From: a bacterium
Lineage (GTDB): Bacteria > Cyanobacteriota > Vampirovibrionia > Vampirovibrionales > Vampirovibrionaceae
Reading direction: 5' to 3'
Length of the DNA: 64,000 nucleotides
NCBI GenBank assembly: GCA_030429585.1
Contig: JAUIEU010000001.1
Span: forward strand, 427,994-491,993
The notes under the pieces: model-generated
What the model was told of the DNA's origin: nothing
Database searches by the model: none
Seen by the model: the letters and a program-made list of their open reading frames with translations, nothing else
In this document: positions 62,349-64,000 of the stretch, piece by piece
How the letters are laid out: each line of letters begins with the position of its first letter
Position numbering within the stretch: position 1 is the stretch's first letter
Translations under genes and position numbers: made by a program

Positions 62349-64000
62349 ATGAGCACTTCTCACCCACTAACCGCTTACTTTAGTATGGAAATTGCTGTGG
62401 ACCAGGCGTTATACACGTATTCTGGCGGGTTAGGGTATTTGGCAGGCAGCCATATGCGCAGCGCTTACGAGTTAGGCTTGCCCATGGTGGGGGTGACCAT
62501 GCTGTGGAAAAACGGTTACGGCGAGCAACGCATCGACCCAGACACAGGTGAGGTATCGCTGCACTACTCCCCGCGAGATAATAGCTTTTTAACGGATACC
62601 GGCGTGACGGTAGACGTGACTATCTTTAACGAATTGGTAAAAGTAAAAGTATACCGCCTGGAATCAGAAACCTTTGAGACGGTGCCCTTGTTGTTGTTGT
62701 CTACCGATGTTGACGGCAATAGCGACCATGCCAAGCAGTGGACGGATGTGCTGTACGGGGGCGATGAAGGTGCCCGCGTGGCCCAGGAAGTGATTTTAGG
62801 CGTTGGCGGTATGCGGGCTATCCGTGCGCTAAGCCTACCGGTGGAAGTGTTCCATATGAATGAAGGCCACGCCCTACCCATGGCCTTTGAATTGCTGCGC
62901 GAAGAAAACCAAGATATTGATGCGGTGCGGCGCCAAGTGGTATTCACCACCCACACCCCCGTGGCGGCAGGTAACGAAATCCACCCGGCAGACTTGCTGG
63001 AAGAAGGCGGCTTTTTTGTAGATACCCCTAAAGAAACTGCCATTAAACTGGGCGGCGATCCATTTTCTGTAACGGCGGCGGCCCTTAAGTTATCTCGTTT
63101 GGCTAACGGGGTTAGCCAACTCCACGGCCAAGTGGCAAACGATATGTGGAAAGATGTGGACGGTCGTTGCCCCATTATTGCGATTACCAATGGGGTGAAC
63201 CAACGCTACTGGCAAGATAGAGGCTTTGCCACGGCCGATAGAAGCCGCGAGTACCTGGCTCGTAAACTCGCCTTAAAGCAAGAGCTTCTTCCCAAGTTGA
63301 TTACCGACCCAGCCAAAAAGTTTGACCCTAGCCGCTTAACCTTGGTATGGGCGCGTCGGTTTACCGGCTACAAACGGGCGGATCTCATGTTTCGGGATGC
63401 GAAGCGTCTGGACGCGTTGCTGCGCAACGGTAAGGTACAGCTTATTGTGGCGGGTAAATTCCACCCGAAAGATACCAGTGGCCGCGAGGCCATGGAGTGG
63501 CTGATTAACAAGGCCAAGGAATACCCCAACATGGTGGTGTTGCCCAACTACGAGCTGGGCCTAAGCTACGATATGAAATGTGTGGCCGATGTGTGGTTGA
63601 ATAACCCACGCCGCCCCATGGAAGCCAGCGGCACCAGCGGCATGAGCGCTAGCATGAACGGTGCCCTGCACTTTAGCACCCACGATGGCTGGGCTGTGGA
63701 AGGTACCCTGCATGGGATTAATGGCTTTTTAATTAACCCTGGCGAGCATGACTACGACACCAAAGAGCAGCAGGATGAGGCGGACTACCAAAGCTTAATG
63801 AACTGCCTGGAAAATGAAATTGTGCCCTTGTATTACGATAATACCAAGCGTTGGGGCCAAATGATGCGGCGGTCTGCCCAGGCGGCGGCGTGTTACTTTA
63901 CCACCCACCGCATGGTACTGGAGTACTTTAACCGCTTGTATATGGATCACCACCCCTTCCAACAGCGCCTGCATGATGATTTAGACCTGCCCCTCATCGA
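62349..64000 (+). CDS. glgP: Alpha-glucan phosphorylase family protein (GT35, GlgP-like); 3' end lies outside the window and it is not in the ORF track
   Basis: The ATG at 62349 is open in frame to position 64000 (my own translation): MSTSHPLTAYFSMEIAVDQALYTYSGGLGYLAGSHMRSAYELGLPMVGVTMLWKNGY..., FTTHTPVAAGNE, ANGVSQLHG, ITNGVN, WARRFTGYKRADL, AGKFHPKD, WLNNPRRPMEASGTSGM. Confidence 0.9.
   Translation, partial: MSTSHPLTAYFSMEIAVDQALYTYSGGLGYLAGSHMRSAYELGLPMVGVTMLWKNGYGEQRIDPDTGEVSLHYSPRDNSFLTDTGVTVDVTIFNELVKVKVYRLESETFETVPLLLLSTDVDGNSDHAKQWTDVLYGGDEGARVAQEVILGVGGMRAIRALSLPVEVFHMNEGHALPMAFELLREENQDIDAVRRQVVFTTHTPVAAGNEIHPADLLEEGGFFVDTPKETAIKLGGDPFSVTAAALKLSRLANGVSQLHGQVANDMWKDVDGRCPIIAITNGVNQRYWQDRGFATADRSREYLARKLALKQELLPKLITDPAKKFDPSRLTLVWARRFTGYKRADLMFRDAKRLDALLRNGKVQLIVAGKFHPKDTSGREAMEWLINKAKEYPNMVVLPNYELGLSYDMKCVADVWLNNPRRPMEASGTSGMSASMNGALHFSTHDGWAVEGTLHGINGFLINPGEHDYDTKEQQDEADYQSLMNCLENEIVPLYYDNTKRWGQMMRRSAQAAACYFTTHRMVLEYFNRLYMDHHPFQQRLHDDLDLPLI

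Noticed and set aside
62564-63190. 208-aa minus-strand ORF listed in the track
   Set aside because: It lies antisense to the clearly homologous glgP-like frame, which is open from 62349 to the window end. It has no recognisable features.
1-64000. CRISPR arrays, IS elements or transposases, prophage genes, rRNA, tmRNA, RNase P or SRP RNA
   Set aside because: Scanning the intergenic regions by eye found no spaced direct repeats, no transposase- or integrase-like ORFs, and none of the conserved ncRNA core motifs I know. A covariance-model scan (Infernal/Rfam) would be needed to exclude small ncRNAs.

Overview
This is a 64-kb bacterial chromosomal window, roughly 50-55% G+C by eye, densely coded on both strands.

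**Recognisable content**
- Housekeeping genes: der (5' partial)-plsY-gpsA, coaE, leuC/leuD with a GNAT gene between them, frr-cdsA-rnc, dnaX, uvrA, tRNA-Asp(GTC), phhA, pepP, an MpaA-like amidase, a low-molecular-weight tyrosine phosphatase (LMW-PTP), electron-transfer flavoprotein:quinone oxidoreductase (ETF-QO), and a thyX-like gene.
- c-di-GMP signalling: a TPR-GAF-HD-GYP protein and a membrane GGDEF cyclase.
- An envelope operon led by an LCP-family (LytR-CpsA-Psr) gene, and a partial sugar ABC importer.
- A glycogen/maltodextrin set: glgX, then malQ and a glgP-like gene. The glgP-like gene starts at 62349, runs off the 3' edge, and is absent from the supplied ORF track.
- A 1759-aa modular protein with RTX-like calcium-binding repeats.

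I saw no transposase, integrase, phage gene, CRISPR array or rRNA. Lineage cannot be established from the sequence alone. The mix of LCP, FlbD, ThyX and glycogen genes with many low-complexity orphan genes would fit a non-proteobacterial, possibly host- or prey-associated organism, but that is a guess.

**No compact novel system found.** I did not find a multi-gene cassette that I can confidently call a new system.

**Strongest observations**
1. Three conserved enzyme or transporter families carry substitutions at textbook functional residues:
   - the glgP-like gene lacks the pyridoxal-phosphate (PLP) lysine;
   - the glutamate-transporter-family (DAACS) gene lacks both cation-site aspartates and has a Lys inside the NMDGT motif;
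   - the ThyX homolog has KHV in place of RHR, plus an insertion.
2. There is a set of low-complexity or orphan proteins:
   - a Pro/Gly/Tyr repeat protein with seven near-perfect 27-bp repeats;
   - an EF-hand protein;
   - small tandem paralogs beside the tRNA;
   - four AT-rich single-gene islands.
   Many of these share Ser/Thr-rich, charge-poor N-termini.
3. Two distant paralogs of an uncharacterised ~600-660-aa membrane protein occur in the window, one co-directional with malQ and glgP.
4. A mini-ORF with a run of Arg codons, followed by an intrinsic terminator, sits in an AT-rich leader and may be an attenuator.

All motif alignments were done by eye and need computational confirmation.
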